Of a stretch of 64,000 bases of DNA, positions 38,094 to 47,165 are shown one piece after another. The notes under the pieces were generated by a model. It saw only the letters and a list, made by a program, of their open reading frames with translations. It was not told the DNA's origin and did no database searches. The number at the start of each line of letters is the position of its first letter. Position 1 is the stretch's first letter. Source of the stretch: Candidatus Undinarchaeota archaeon (GTDB lineage Archaea > SpSt-1190 > JASMDC01); the NCBI GenBank assembly GCA_964519305.1, contig CAZFHY010000005.1:96001-160000 (forward strand), written 5' to 3'. A program made the translations under genes and the position numbers.

Positions 38094-38954
38094 ATGAGCG
38101 TCATTATATCCAGCCCCATGGACGTGACCCTCGCCATCGAGGGAAAGCATCCACTTACCCGGGAAGAACTCCTTTCTCTTGTCAACGGCTTCGATGGGTA
38201 CGAGAGCCGGGAGGGTGCCGATGAGCGCATCGTGGTCGACGTGAAGAGCGTGCATGAGAGCGGTACACTCGTGCTGCATCTCTGTCCACAGTACAAGGTG
38301 AGCTATGCAGAGATCGATAAATTCATCACGCGGATGATCAGTGAGATACTCAAAGGCTGCGGGCTCGAGAAGTGTTCACATCGCATCATCGAGATCACGT
38401 GGCACATCGAGGAGCTGGGCGTGCCCAGCGAGCTAGCGCCGATCCATGTGGACGCTCCGCTGGAGGATGAGGTGTCAACGGAGCCGGCCTTCACCCTGGA
38501 ACTCGGTAGGGCGTACTACATCGAGGAGCGTCGGAACGAGTTAGGGCTCAGTATCTTCGCGGACCATCTCCACCACGGATTCCACGGGCTGGCCATCACT
38601 CGTATCTATCCCGAACACATAAGAGACGAGTACAAACTCCAGAAGACGCCAATAGTATGGCTGACACATACCGAGCATAGCGACGACATACTCGCGACGG
38701 ACAACCTCCACATGCTCTCGGACATGGTCCGCAACGACATACTCGGTAAGTACGAGCAGAGCATCATCCTTCTTAGCGGACTTGAATACCTTAGTACCCA
38801 TGCGGGCTCCCGACCTGTTCTCAAGTTCCTTCAGTATCTGGTGGACCAGGTGGCCTTGCACAAAGCGTTGTTGATAATCTCTCTCAATCCATCGGCGTTC
38901 AATGATCTGGAGTTCAACCTCCTCACACGGGACCTGATCAGGTACGAGGAGTGA
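38094..38954 (+). CDS. DUF835 (inactive RecA/KaiC-like) domain protein
   Basis: GLAITR.YP, PIVWLT, IILLSGLEYL, LKFL..L.D. Confidence 0.75.
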   Translation: MSVIISSPMDVTLAIEGKHPLTREELLSLVNGFDGYESREGADERIVVDVKSVHESGTLVLHLCPQYKVSYAEIDKFITRMISEILKGCGLEKCSHRIIEITWHIEELGVPSELAPIHVDAPLEDEVSTEPAFTLELGRAYYIEERRNELGLSIFADHLHHGFHGLAITRIYPEHIRDEYKLQKTPIVWLTHTEHSDDILATDNLHMLSDMVRNDILGKYEQSIILLSGLEYLSTHAGSRPVLKFLQYLVDQVALHKALLIISLNPSAFNDLEFNLLTRDLIRYEE

Positions 38955-38961
38955 GCTTCCC

Positions 38962-39495
38962 TTACCATCCCAGTCTAATGGCCGCCCGGTTGGTCGCAAC
39001 ATGCAGGGGGACCGCGAGGACAATGAAGGATACTGCCACATCGGACGGGACGGGGGTTAGCACCCAGATGGCTACCAACGCTCCGAACGCAGCGTCCAGC
39101 TGATCGAAAGGGAACCAGTCCTCGCCCGGGGACACTCCCCTTCTCCTTTTCACGAAGCTCTCGACAAGGTCGCCGGTCAGAGCGCCTGCTCCGAGCATTG
39201 CCCCGACAAGGAGCGGATGGATCCCCTGCACTATGACATAACGCCGGGGGACCTGGACCGATGCCTGGACCAGGGCCGTGACCGCTCCCCCGAGCACTCC
39301 AAGGACGAGCCCCCGCAGGGTCTTATGATCTCCAAGGAGACGCTTACCATCTCGCCATGTCCTCCCGCCATCCACCGGAGCTCCCAGGACAGGGAGGTCG
39401 CGAGCGATAAGGGGCATCTGGTTGGCCATCATTGCAGGCAGGAACACCCACATCGTACGGAGCACGAGATCGACCGGCCAAGGGAGAGGTACCAC
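38962..39495 (-). CDS. carS: CDP-archaeol synthase (DUF46)
   Basis: PA..AN..P, PVDGG..DGKR.LGDHKT.RG, GDLVESFVKRR.G, PFDQLD, LH..N. Confidence 0.9.
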   Translation of the reverse strand: MVPLPWPVDLVLRTMWVFLPAMMANQMPLIARDLPVLGAPVDGGRTWRDGKRLLGDHKTLRGLVLGVLGGAVTALVQASVQVPRRYVIVQGIHPLLVGAMLGAGALTGDLVESFVKRRRGVSPGEDWFPFDQLDAAFGALVAIWVLTPVPSDVAVSFIVLAVPLHVATNRAAIRLGW

Positions 39496-39527
39496 GAATA
39501 CCGAGTCGTGCCCATACTAAATAAAGC

Positions 39528-40361
39528 CTATGCGTTGGTCGCGCTCCAACGGGGTAACACTGCTACGGTCACTTGTGTCTTGCTTCCATCGTTCTTATCG
39601 CACCGGAAATCCAGGGCCGTGTTGATGGTCGCGGGCAGCTCCGCATCAAAGTGTAGCATGTTCCCTTCCACCATCTCCCGGGGTACCTCCTGGAAGGACG
39701 AGCAGCGCCCTTCAACCCCATCATCACGAAGGGTGCACAGTTTCACTTCAAGGGTCCGTATACACCATCCTTCGGGCACGGGGATATCGATGGTCACGTT
39801 GTACTCAGGTACTACAGGTTCGTCCGGACCCTTTATCGTGATGGAGAACTCCTCGTCGATATCGACGGTTTCAACGCTCAGACATTCATCGCAGGGTTCC
39901 ACGGCCTCGGGAGTTACTAGGACTATCAGCCAATCGGGGCCGCGTGGCGGAAGCAACCGGATCGTGGTGGCTCGCGCCGAGGGGACCTGATCAGCGGGGG
40001 CGGGCGCCCATCCAGCTCCTGCCACCACTGGACCGACGATCTCGGGTAGATCGGGGTCCTGTGTGGGAGTTACGGGTGCCTCTGAGGGGACCGGCACAGG
40101 TGGCCCCTCAAGGCTTGATTTGGTAGATGGCACTAGCGGACCTACCACGAACTCCGGAGAAGGTGGTCCCTCGACCGACAAGCGGGCATCCTGCTCCTTG
40201 ACCTTGGTTGGACTAGTGTGCTCCACGGTAACGACGGTCGGCCCAAGGAACACGGCCGTGATGATTATGAGCGATGCGATGAGCAGGACGACATGGAGAT
40301 GATCGGTCCCGGGCACAGACCGCGGTCGGGATACCACGCTTTTATTGCTTTCTTTCTCCAT
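39528..40361 (-). CDS. Membrane-anchored hypothetical protein (Pro-rich stalk, Cys-containing C-terminal domain)
   Basis: N-terminal TM helix, Pro-rich region; overlaps the upstream radical SAM stop. Confidence 0.55.
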   Translation of the reverse strand: MEKESNKSVVSRPRSVPGTDHLHVVLLIASLIIITAVFLGPTVVTVEHTSPTKVKEQDARLSVEGPPSPEFVVGPLVPSTKSSLEGPPVPVPSEAPVTPTQDPDLPEIVGPVVAGAGWAPAPADQVPSARATTIRLLPPRGPDWLIVLVTPEAVEPCDECLSVETVDIDEEFSITIKGPDEPVVPEYNVTIDIPVPEGWCIRTLEVKLCTLRDDGVEGRCSSFQEVPREMVEGNMLHFDAELPATINTALDFRCDKNDGSKTQVTVAVLPRWSATNA

Positions 40362-41676
40362 GCCGCCGCTCCTCCCTTAGTGTGTCCAGTGATTGTGTGA
40401 GCCAGGGCTCACCATCGCGCACAACCAATCCTGCATCGCACCGCAGTGCGTAGGCCACATCAAAGGTGTCGGGATCGCACAACGAGCCCGCGCCAACGAC
40501 AAGGAGCCCGGGCGTGGCCAGAGTATCCAAGGGCCCCATTCCTGCCAGTGGCCGGACCGCAGCGGACAGGAGGGTGCGCACGAGATTCGGTTCCCGCACA
40601 AGCGGTAACGCCTCGGCGGCCAGCTGGGCGGCCGCACCCCATCTCCAGCGATGACGGGTCACACGGAACCTTTCCAGTGCGTCGTTCAGCCCATCAATGT
40701 CGACGAGCTCTTCCGCGGCAGTCCACGTGCCATCGGTACGTCGGAGCATTGGATAGAACTGGTTGTACAGGCAACTGGGGACACCCAGGAGGTTGAACGC
40801 AGCGTAAAGCGCCTTCTGGACGGTGGTCCAGCCGGGGGGGGTTATTCGTCCATCCGAGGCGTCCGCCACCATGGACACGACCTCCTCGACCCGCAGCCGC
40901 GCCGTCGGACCTAGCCCGGCGATCCCAAGATGACCGTAGGAGCGGAAGAACACACCGCGTACGAAGGAATGGCCCAGCGCGTAGGTCAGAAGCTCTGATA
41001 CGGCGTCGTCGTTCACCCCTCGGGCCAACGTGCATTCCAGACCCGTGGGCATATCGGCCCTCTCCAGAGCATCCAGGGCCTTGCGTTTTATCGCTGTCAA
41101 ATCCCTGCCCCGGAGCGTCTTGTCCCCCTGTCCGGAAAGACCATCTAGCTGGAGATGTACCTCACCCAGACCCGCCGTACGCAGTTCGTCCAGCATACCT
41201 TCCTCGGCCAGAAGGAGGCCGTTCGTGGCAAGCACGGGCACATTCCCGGACGCGATGACCGCGGTCACGATGTCCGGCAGGTCGTTGCGGACCGTGGGCT
41301 CACCGCCATATAGCTGGACCTTGGCCCCAGTAACGCCCGCAAGCAGCCTTGCGACGTCCCCGGGAGAAGGCTCACGCTCATCCCCGCGCTTTGGTCCTGA
41401 GCGGGTGAAGCAGATAGGACAGGCGAGGTTGCACCTGTCCGTGAGGGGAAGGTTCAGGTTCTTGTCACCGATGCCGGGCAGAGGTGCCATCATCTCCTCA
41501 TAGAAGGCGGCCAGCTCGGCCCATGCGGGACCATCCTTGGCCACCAGCGCACTGGAATCCCCATGCTCCGGGCAGTGCTTGACCAGATGGACCATCCCGT
41601 CCTCCAGCACAAGAGAGGCCGGCACCGCGGCGAGGCAGGTGGGACAGGTACCCAGGGTCACCCGCAGGAGAACCAT
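40342..41676 (-). CDS. Radical SAM protein, tetraether synthase (Tes/MJ0619)-like, paralog 2
   Basis: CPTC..CPEHG N-terminal metal site, CNLACPIC, GGEPT, TNG, LQLDG, LCDPDTFD..C. Confidence 0.75.
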   Translation of the reverse strand: MVLLRVTLGTCPTCLAAVPASLVLEDGMVHLVKHCPEHGDSSALVAKDGPAWAELAAFYEEMMAPLPGIGDKNLNLPLTDRCNLACPICFTRSGPKRGDEREPSPGDVARLLAGVTGAKVQLYGGEPTVRNDLPDIVTAVIASGNVPVLATNGLLLAEEGMLDELRTAGLGEVHLQLDGLSGQGDKTLRGRDLTAIKRKALDALERADMPTGLECTLARGVNDDAVSELLTYALGHSFVRGVFFRSYGHLGIAGLGPTARLRVEEVVSMVADASDGRITPPGWTTVQKALYAAFNLLGVPSCLYNQFYPMLRRTDGTWTAAEELVDIDGLNDALERFRVTRHRWRWGAAAQLAAEALPLVREPNLVRTLLSAAVRPLAGMGPLDTLATPGLLVVGAGSLCDPDTFDVAYALRCDAGLVVRDGEPWLTQSLDTLREERRHGERKQ

Positions 41677-43031
41677 ATCCCCTCCTCCGGATCTCCCCGG
41701 GCCTTAAGACTACGCCTCTCGAGCTCGAGGTGAGCGTAGGGCATAGTCTGTGTGCCTTCAGCGGTGAGTTGTAGCCGATCACAGGCATCTGCCACCTGGA
41801 AATCGAACGAGTAAGGCTCGCACATGGCGCCGAACCCTAAGATGAACAAACGGTCCGATACTCCCGAATCACCATAGGAGAACATCTCGTGCTTGACGAG
41901 CTTGCCCTTCATCACCGACAGTGCATCACGGATGAACCTCAGCGAACGCGGATGTGCCGCGCGCCGCGCGACCTGTGCAAGGAACAGAGGTAGTGCTAGC
42001 ATCGAGCCCTCGCGGATCCTGTGACGGAATGCGTCCAAAGCCGTTTGAATGCCATGGACATCGAACAGCTCGTTCACGAGCTTGTAGCCACCGTCAGGTG
42101 TGCGGTACATGAAAGTGTACTGGCTGTAATGACACCGACGCAGGTGCACAAGCTTGTAGAATGCATATAGCAGTCGCTGGAGCTCGTAGACGCTCCTAAG
42201 CGAGATGCGTCCTCTCGTGGATTCGTCGAACCGCTCGATCATGTCCTCGATGGCTACCGAGCTGGCGTGCTCGAGCCCGGCCTTGCCCATGACAACGTAG
42301 GATCGGAAGAAAAGCCCCCGGATGTGCGGGCGTGGGACGCAGTACTCGAACGTGGGCACCATCTGGTCCTCGTTGAGGTCATGAGCGACTGTGTACTCTA
42401 GCACCGTCGGTATCCCCAGTTCCTCGAGGTTATCCAGGGCCTTGGTCTTGGAGGCGACCATGGGCTTGCCGCGGAGCACCTTGTACACACGCTCCTCAAA
42501 ACCGTCGAACTGTAGGTGGACCTCCTCAAGTCCGGCATCTCTGAGCTCCTCCAGATATGCACGGTCCTCGAGCTTGATGCCGTTGGTATAGAGCACGGGG
42601 ATATTGCCCGATCGACGGATGAGACGGATTATGTCCGGTAGGTCCTTGCGCACCGTGGGTTCACCGCCGAAGAGGCAAAGACGTACACCTTGCATGCCCT
42701 CGATCATCGCACCCACATCCTCGAGAGAGGGATCCGCGTATCGGGTGACGTTGGCATTGGTGAAGCAGATAGGACAATTGATGTTACAGCGCATTGTGAC
42801 GTAGAAGTTGTACTCCAGCTCCTCTTTCTTCCCGCCTATGGCAAGGCCGCGATAGAAATCAGCGAGGCCCAGATAATACCAGGACCGCGAGGAAAGCTCG
42901 ACCGTGATGGGGCCGTGGTCCGGACAGGTCTTGCGCATCAACACCCGCCCACCCTCCTCGTCCACGACGGCAGGGATGCGACGTAGGCACCGCGGGCACA
43001 CGGACTCGGTCTCCTTGACCCGCTGCATCAT
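41658..43031 (-). CDS. Radical SAM protein, tetraether synthase (Tes/MJ0619)-like, paralog 1
   Basis: TESVCPRC..KTCPDHG, CNINCPICFTNA, GGEPT, LQFDG, MCEPYSFD..C. Confidence 0.8.
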   Translation of the reverse strand: MMQRVKETESVCPRCLRRIPAVVDEEGGRVLMRKTCPDHGPITVELSSRSWYYLGLADFYRGLAIGGKKEELEYNFYVTMRCNINCPICFTNANVTRYADPSLEDVGAMIEGMQGVRLCLFGGEPTVRKDLPDIIRLIRRSGNIPVLYTNGIKLEDRAYLEELRDAGLEEVHLQFDGFEERVYKVLRGKPMVASKTKALDNLEELGIPTVLEYTVAHDLNEDQMVPTFEYCVPRPHIRGLFFRSYVVMGKAGLEHASSVAIEDMIERFDESTRGRISLRSVYELQRLLYAFYKLVHLRRCHYSQYTFMYRTPDGGYKLVNELFDVHGIQTALDAFRHRIREGSMLALPLFLAQVARRAAHPRSLRFIRDALSVMKGKLVKHEMFSYGDSGVSDRLFILGFGAMCEPYSFDFQVADACDRLQLTAEGTQTMPYAHLELERRSLKARGDPEEGIWFSCG

Positions 43032-43052
43032 CCATGGGCTTGCGCAGAAAAC

Positions 43053-43058
43053 ATTAAT
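43053..43058. promoter_or_regulatory. Putative shared bidirectional TATA element (ATTAAT)
   Basis: Palindromic AT box 22 and 25 bp from the divergent starts at 43031 and 43083. Confidence 0.4.
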
Positions 43059-43082
43059 AGGGTACGGTATAACCGTCGTGCG

Positions 43083-44534
43083 ATGGCCGACCTAGTCCTC
43101 GTCCAACCCCGCATCGGGTTCGTTGACGAGGTAGTGTCCCCCTTCAGCCTACCCCTGGCACTGCTCCATGCTTGTTCCCGTGCAGTGGCCGATTTCGATG
43201 TGACGATCATCGACCAGCGCATCGATCCGCGGTGGAAGGAGACCCTCCGGCATGAGTTAGCGTCAGGACCACTGCTCGTCGGTTCCACGGCCATGGCCGG
43301 GCGACCCGTGGCCCATATGCTGGAGGCCGCCACCGTTGTCAAGAAGGAAACAACGGATGTGCCATTCGCCCTGGGCGGTATCCTGGGGACCATGCTCCCT
43401 GAGCTGGCACTGGCCGATCCGCGCATCGACATGGTCGTCCGTGGCGAGGGTGAAAAGACCCTCCCTGCACTCCTTGCGGCCCTTCGCGATGGCCGTCCGG
43501 TACACCGTGTGGCTGGCGTGTCGACGATCATTGACGGGCGCCCTGTGCACTCTCCGGACCGATCTCCCATAGAGCTCGATGCCCAGCCAGAGCTGCCCTA
43601 CGACCTTGTGGACGTGGCGCGGTATACACCCATCCGTCTGGGAAGACGATCGATGGTCATGGAAAGCTCTCGGGGATGCCCACATAGGTGCGCTTTCTGC
43701 TACAACACGGTCTACAATCGTCGACGGTGGCGAGGCCAGAGCGCCGAGCGCATGGTGGAACGGGTGCGATACGTGGTAGAACGGTTCGGTATCGGGAACG
43801 TACGTTTCGAGGATGAGAACCTGTTCGCGGACCTCGGTCGAGTCCGACGTTTCGCCCGACTCCTTGTCAACGAAGGGCTCGATGTAATCTGGGAGGCCCA
43901 AGGGGTTCGTGTAGAGTCCATCATGGCCTTTAACGAAGAGGATATGCAACTGCTGGAGCGCAGCGGATGTCGTCAGCTCAACTTCGGAGTGGAATCAGGT
44001 TCCCAGCCGGTACTGGACCGGGTGTGCAAGGACATCCGGGTAGAGGACGTCATGGCAGTGAACCAGCGTCTGGTGGGTTCGGATATAGCCCCTGTTTTCA
44101 ACTTCATGTGCGGTTTCCCGGATGAAGGGCCAGAGGACCTACGTGCCACTGTCGACCTAATGTTCACGCTCCTTGGTGATAATCCCCGTGCCCGTGTACC
44201 GGGCGCCTTCATCTTCGTCCCTTATCCTGGAACGGCCCTGTATGAGGAGGCTGTGTCCTTGGGTTTCGACCCCCCCGATTCTCTGGCCCACTGGGCCGAC
44301 GTTGCCGCCGACCATGTGGTAGTGCCGTGGGTGGGGGAAGATGAGCGCAAGGTCCTCGAGGGTCTGTCATTCCTCTCGATGTTCCTGGATGTTGGTTCCG
44401 GACAGCTGGCCATGAATCCCGCAGTAGCGGCGCTGGCAAGGCTCTACCGACCACTGGCACGAGCCCGGGTGGGACGTATGTACTTCGACCATCTATGGGA
44501 GCGGCGGCTGGCGCGTCGGTTCGTTCCCGAGTGA
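43083..44534 (+). CDS. B12-binding domain radical SAM protein (class B-like)
   Basis: LPLAL, IDQR, GG..T..PE, VRGEGE, SRGCPHRCAFC, DENLF, GVESGS, GFPDE, PYPGT. Confidence 0.9.
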   Translation: MADLVLVQPRIGFVDEVVSPFSLPLALLHACSRAVADFDVTIIDQRIDPRWKETLRHELASGPLLVGSTAMAGRPVAHMLEAATVVKKETTDVPFALGGILGTMLPELALADPRIDMVVRGEGEKTLPALLAALRDGRPVHRVAGVSTIIDGRPVHSPDRSPIELDAQPELPYDLVDVARYTPIRLGRRSMVMESSRGCPHRCAFCYNTVYNRRRWRGQSAERMVERVRYVVERFGIGNVRFEDENLFADLGRVRRFARLLVNEGLDVIWEAQGVRVESIMAFNEEDMQLLERSGCRQLNFGVESGSQPVLDRVCKDIRVEDVMAVNQRLVGSDIAPVFNFMCGFPDEGPEDLRATVDLMFTLLGDNPRARVPGAFIFVPYPGTALYEEAVSLGFDPPDSLAHWADVAADHVVVPWVGEDERKVLEGLSFLSMFLDVGSGQLAMNPAVAALARLYRPLARARVGRMYFDHLWERRLARRFVPE

Positions 44535-44537
44535 GCC

Positions 44538-46373
44538 TCAGGGTTGCACGAGCCATAGCCCGACCGAGCCATCAGGCAGAGTGAACGCTACCTTGGTCCT
44601 TCCGCGAGGTATTGCGGGGGGTACCGTCACACGTTTCTCACCGAGGCGGATCTCGTCAAAGGATGCTCTGACGAGGTACTCGCCCGGCGGTACGCTGAGG
44701 CCGATGAGGGACCGGTACTGGCCAGCACAAGGTCGCTCGCACGTCCCGCCCTCTACGGGTACGAACCTCACTTCGATCACCCCTGCTGTCCCCCGGTCCA
44801 GTTCGAACCCCATCTCCCGGCAGATATCGGGTAGGTCCAGAGTTGCGGACACGTTTAGCTCGCCGGGGGCCGTGACCACTTCGAACGGGACCACATCGGG
44901 GAGCGGACCGCATGTTCGGTCCAGAACATCCACGTCCGTGATGCTCACGGTGAATGGGCCTCCGGGGGTGAGCAGCATGGTCCCCGCGGGCAGTGGGGGT
45001 CGCTCGAAGGAGAGCCCGGTCCCATCCCATCCACTTGCCAGATACCTGTCGGGGAGCACGCGTCTATGGAAGAGCACTTGGGCATAAGCGTTCTCGATAG
45101 CGGGGTCGATCGCCAGGGACGTCCCCGTTTCAATTGCATCAAGGGCCGTCCGGAGCGGCTCCCCTGTGGCCAATGCCACATCGGGGAGAGCGGGGTAATC
45201 GACGAGACGCTCGGCCTGGACCGTAGCGAAGGAGAGCGCGATAAGACAAGCAATAATGAGTGTCACGTTTTCCCCGTGACGACGCCGCATGACGCCGAGG
45301 GCATAGGCCGCGAGCAGGTGCGGGAGTGGTAGCAGGGCAATCGCCCTACGTGCCTGTGCTACCTCAATGTCGGTGGCAGCACCGGCCAATGGGAAGATCA
45401 TGAGCCAAGCCACCAGTGCCCACCGCCCCTCGCGTAGGGCGAGCCCGAGCCCCAGCAGTGCAAGCACTGCGGTCACCGGTTCCAACAGGCCGCGCTCGGG
45501 AAGGCCGTTGAGGGGATCGGGATCCCCTGAGAAGAAAAGGAACGATGGCGATATGTGAAGGGAATAGTTACGCAGGAAGCGGAGCGTCGTGGCCGCGAGC
45601 GGTGACGTCGTACCAAAACGCGCCATGTCGAGCCTGACTACCTCGTCGGAGGCGATCGACAACATCCCTATTCGAGCATCCGCCCGGTCAGGATGTGTGA
45701 TGTGAAGCTTGACGAGCGGCGCGAGGATAAGGGCCGCTGCCAGCACCCCTAACAGGAGATATCGTTTTTGGCCCGCGAGTTCACGCCGGCGTAGCACTAG
45801 CACGGCGTATGCGAGAAGGGGGAGAAATGCCTTCCCCACAGCGTAGGAGTACATCCCAAGTGCTAGAGCGGGTCCGGCAAGAACGAGATCCCGTCCCTTG
45901 CCCATGAGGAAGTATAGCGAAAGCGCCGTCCAGAATGGCAGGAGCACAGGCTCCAATGCAAGCCGGCTGAAGTGGATGTGCCATGGGCACACTGCAAGAA
46001 GCAAGGCTGCCACACGGGCTTCCCGGGGTCCTATGAGACGTCGGGCGAGCAGGTAAGTGGCCGCCACTCCTGCGATGCCGAACAGCGCCGAGACCGCACG
46101 GACCGAGGTGGTAGATAGTCCGAGCACCGCGACAAGCGGCATTGTGGCATAGACGTTCACCGGGTCCTTGTAATCACCGAAGGACTCGAGGTAGACAGGC
46201 CACGGATTGTCTCGGTGGTCGCGACCCGTGAGTAGAAGTGACCAGGCATCGTACCCGATGGAGGCCTCGTCGAAGGTGAGGCCTGGAGGACTTTGGTCGA
46301 GGGCCGGGAGACGGAGCAGGGCTGCCAGGACCAGCACGACCATCATCCCCTGCCATCCACCTCGGACAGTCAT
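44538..46373 (-). CDS. ArnT/PMT (GT39/GT83-like) polytopic glycosyltransferase
   Basis: LRL..L..PPGL..DEAS.GYDA, multiple TM helices, PWHIHFSR; start inferred from TATA spacing. Confidence 0.8.
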   Translation of the reverse strand: MTVRGGWQGMMVVLVLAALLRLPALDQSPPGLTFDEASIGYDAWSLLLTGRDHRDNPWPVYLESFGDYKDPVNVYATMPLVAVLGLSTTSVRAVSALFGIAGVAATYLLARRLIGPREARVAALLLAVCPWHIHFSRLALEPVLLPFWTALSLYFLMGKGRDLVLAGPALALGMYSYAVGKAFLPLLAYAVLVLRRRELAGQKRYLLLGVLAAALILAPLVKLHITHPDRADARIGMLSIASDEVVRLDMARFGTTSPLAATTLRFLRNYSLHISPSFLFFSGDPDPLNGLPERGLLEPVTAVLALLGLGLALREGRWALVAWLMIFPLAGAATDIEVAQARRAIALLPLPHLLAAYALGVMRRRHGENVTLIIACLIALSFATVQAERLVDYPALPDVALATGEPLRTALDAIETGTSLAIDPAIENAYAQVLFHRRVLPDRYLASGWDGTGLSFERPPLPAGTMLLTPGGPFTVSITDVDVLDRTCGPLPDVVPFEVVTAPGELNVSATLDLPDICREMGFELDRGTAGVIEVRFVPVEGGTCERPCAGQYRSLIGLSVPPGEYLVRASFDEIRLGEKRVTVPPAIPRGRTKVAFTLPDGSVGLWLVQP

Positions 46374-46398
46374 CGCCCCTCCTGAGTCTCCCAAGGCA

Positions 46399-46404
46399 TT
46401 TAAA
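46399..46404. promoter_or_regulatory. Putative shared bidirectional TATA element (TTTAAA)
   Basis: 26 bp from ATG 46373 (-) and 24 bp from in-frame GTG 46428 (+). Confidence 0.4.
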
Positions 46405-46427
46405 GCATGTCCGTCCCATCCGCGAGC

Positions 46428-47165
46428 GTGACTGGGCCCTTCGAGGAGCGGTATGCGTCCTGGATGCACCGGACGCGTTGGGACGCCACCCTTGTGTGGC
46501 GTATCAGGACATTGCTCAATCCTCTGCCCGGAGATACCCTTGTCGATGTGGGATGCGGTGCCGGTCACCTCTGCATCGCTATGGGGCAGCGAGGGTTACA
46601 ATGTATTGGGATCGACAGTTCACCGGCCGGTTGTCGTGTGCTGGAAAAACGTGGTGGTGCCGCGGTCCTTGGGGACATGAATGTACTTCCACTTCCGGAC
46701 GCTGCGTTCGACCTGGCCGCATGTAGCCATGTGCTCGAGTATACGCTCGATCCCATCAGTTTCCTTACCGAGGTCCGACGTGTTCTCCGTCCAGGAGGGC
46801 GCGTCTATGTGCTCGTGTCACGTCCGCCCGAGCGTGTGACGCTGCCACTTCGGCCAGTCGTCAGACACTTCGACCGCGTAGGGAAACGGCAGGCCCATCT
46901 TGACGTGGACGAGCTGATAGCTGCTGCGCGAGAGGCCGGTCTTGAGCCTATTGCCACGGGCATGAGCGGACACCTCATCATGGTCAAGGCGGCAGTGATC
47001 CACTGGATCATCGCTCTCGTATCCCGGGACGTCGCGGACAGGCTCCTGTTCCCATTACTCTCTCTTGATGACCGACTTGCGGGACTGGTCGGAGGCGGTG
47101 TTGACGCGTGGGCCGTATTCCGGCGCCCAAAAGAGGAACATCAGGAGCCGGACAACACCCGGTAG
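46428..47165 (+). CDS. Class I SAM-dependent methyltransferase
   Basis: VDVGCGAG, LPLPDAAFD, SHVLEY, RVLRPGG; alternative ATG at 46407. Confidence 0.85.
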   Translation: MTGPFEERYASWMHRTRWDATLVWRIRTLLNPLPGDTLVDVGCGAGHLCIAMGQRGLQCIGIDSSPAGCRVLEKRGGAAVLGDMNVLPLPDAAFDLAACSHVLEYTLDPISFLTEVRRVLRPGGRVYVLVSRPPERVTLPLRPVVRHFDRVGKRQAHLDVDELIAAAREAGLEPIATGMSGHLIMVKAAVIHWIIALVSRDVADRLLFPLLSLDDRLAGLVGGGVDAWAVFRRPKEEHQEPDNTR

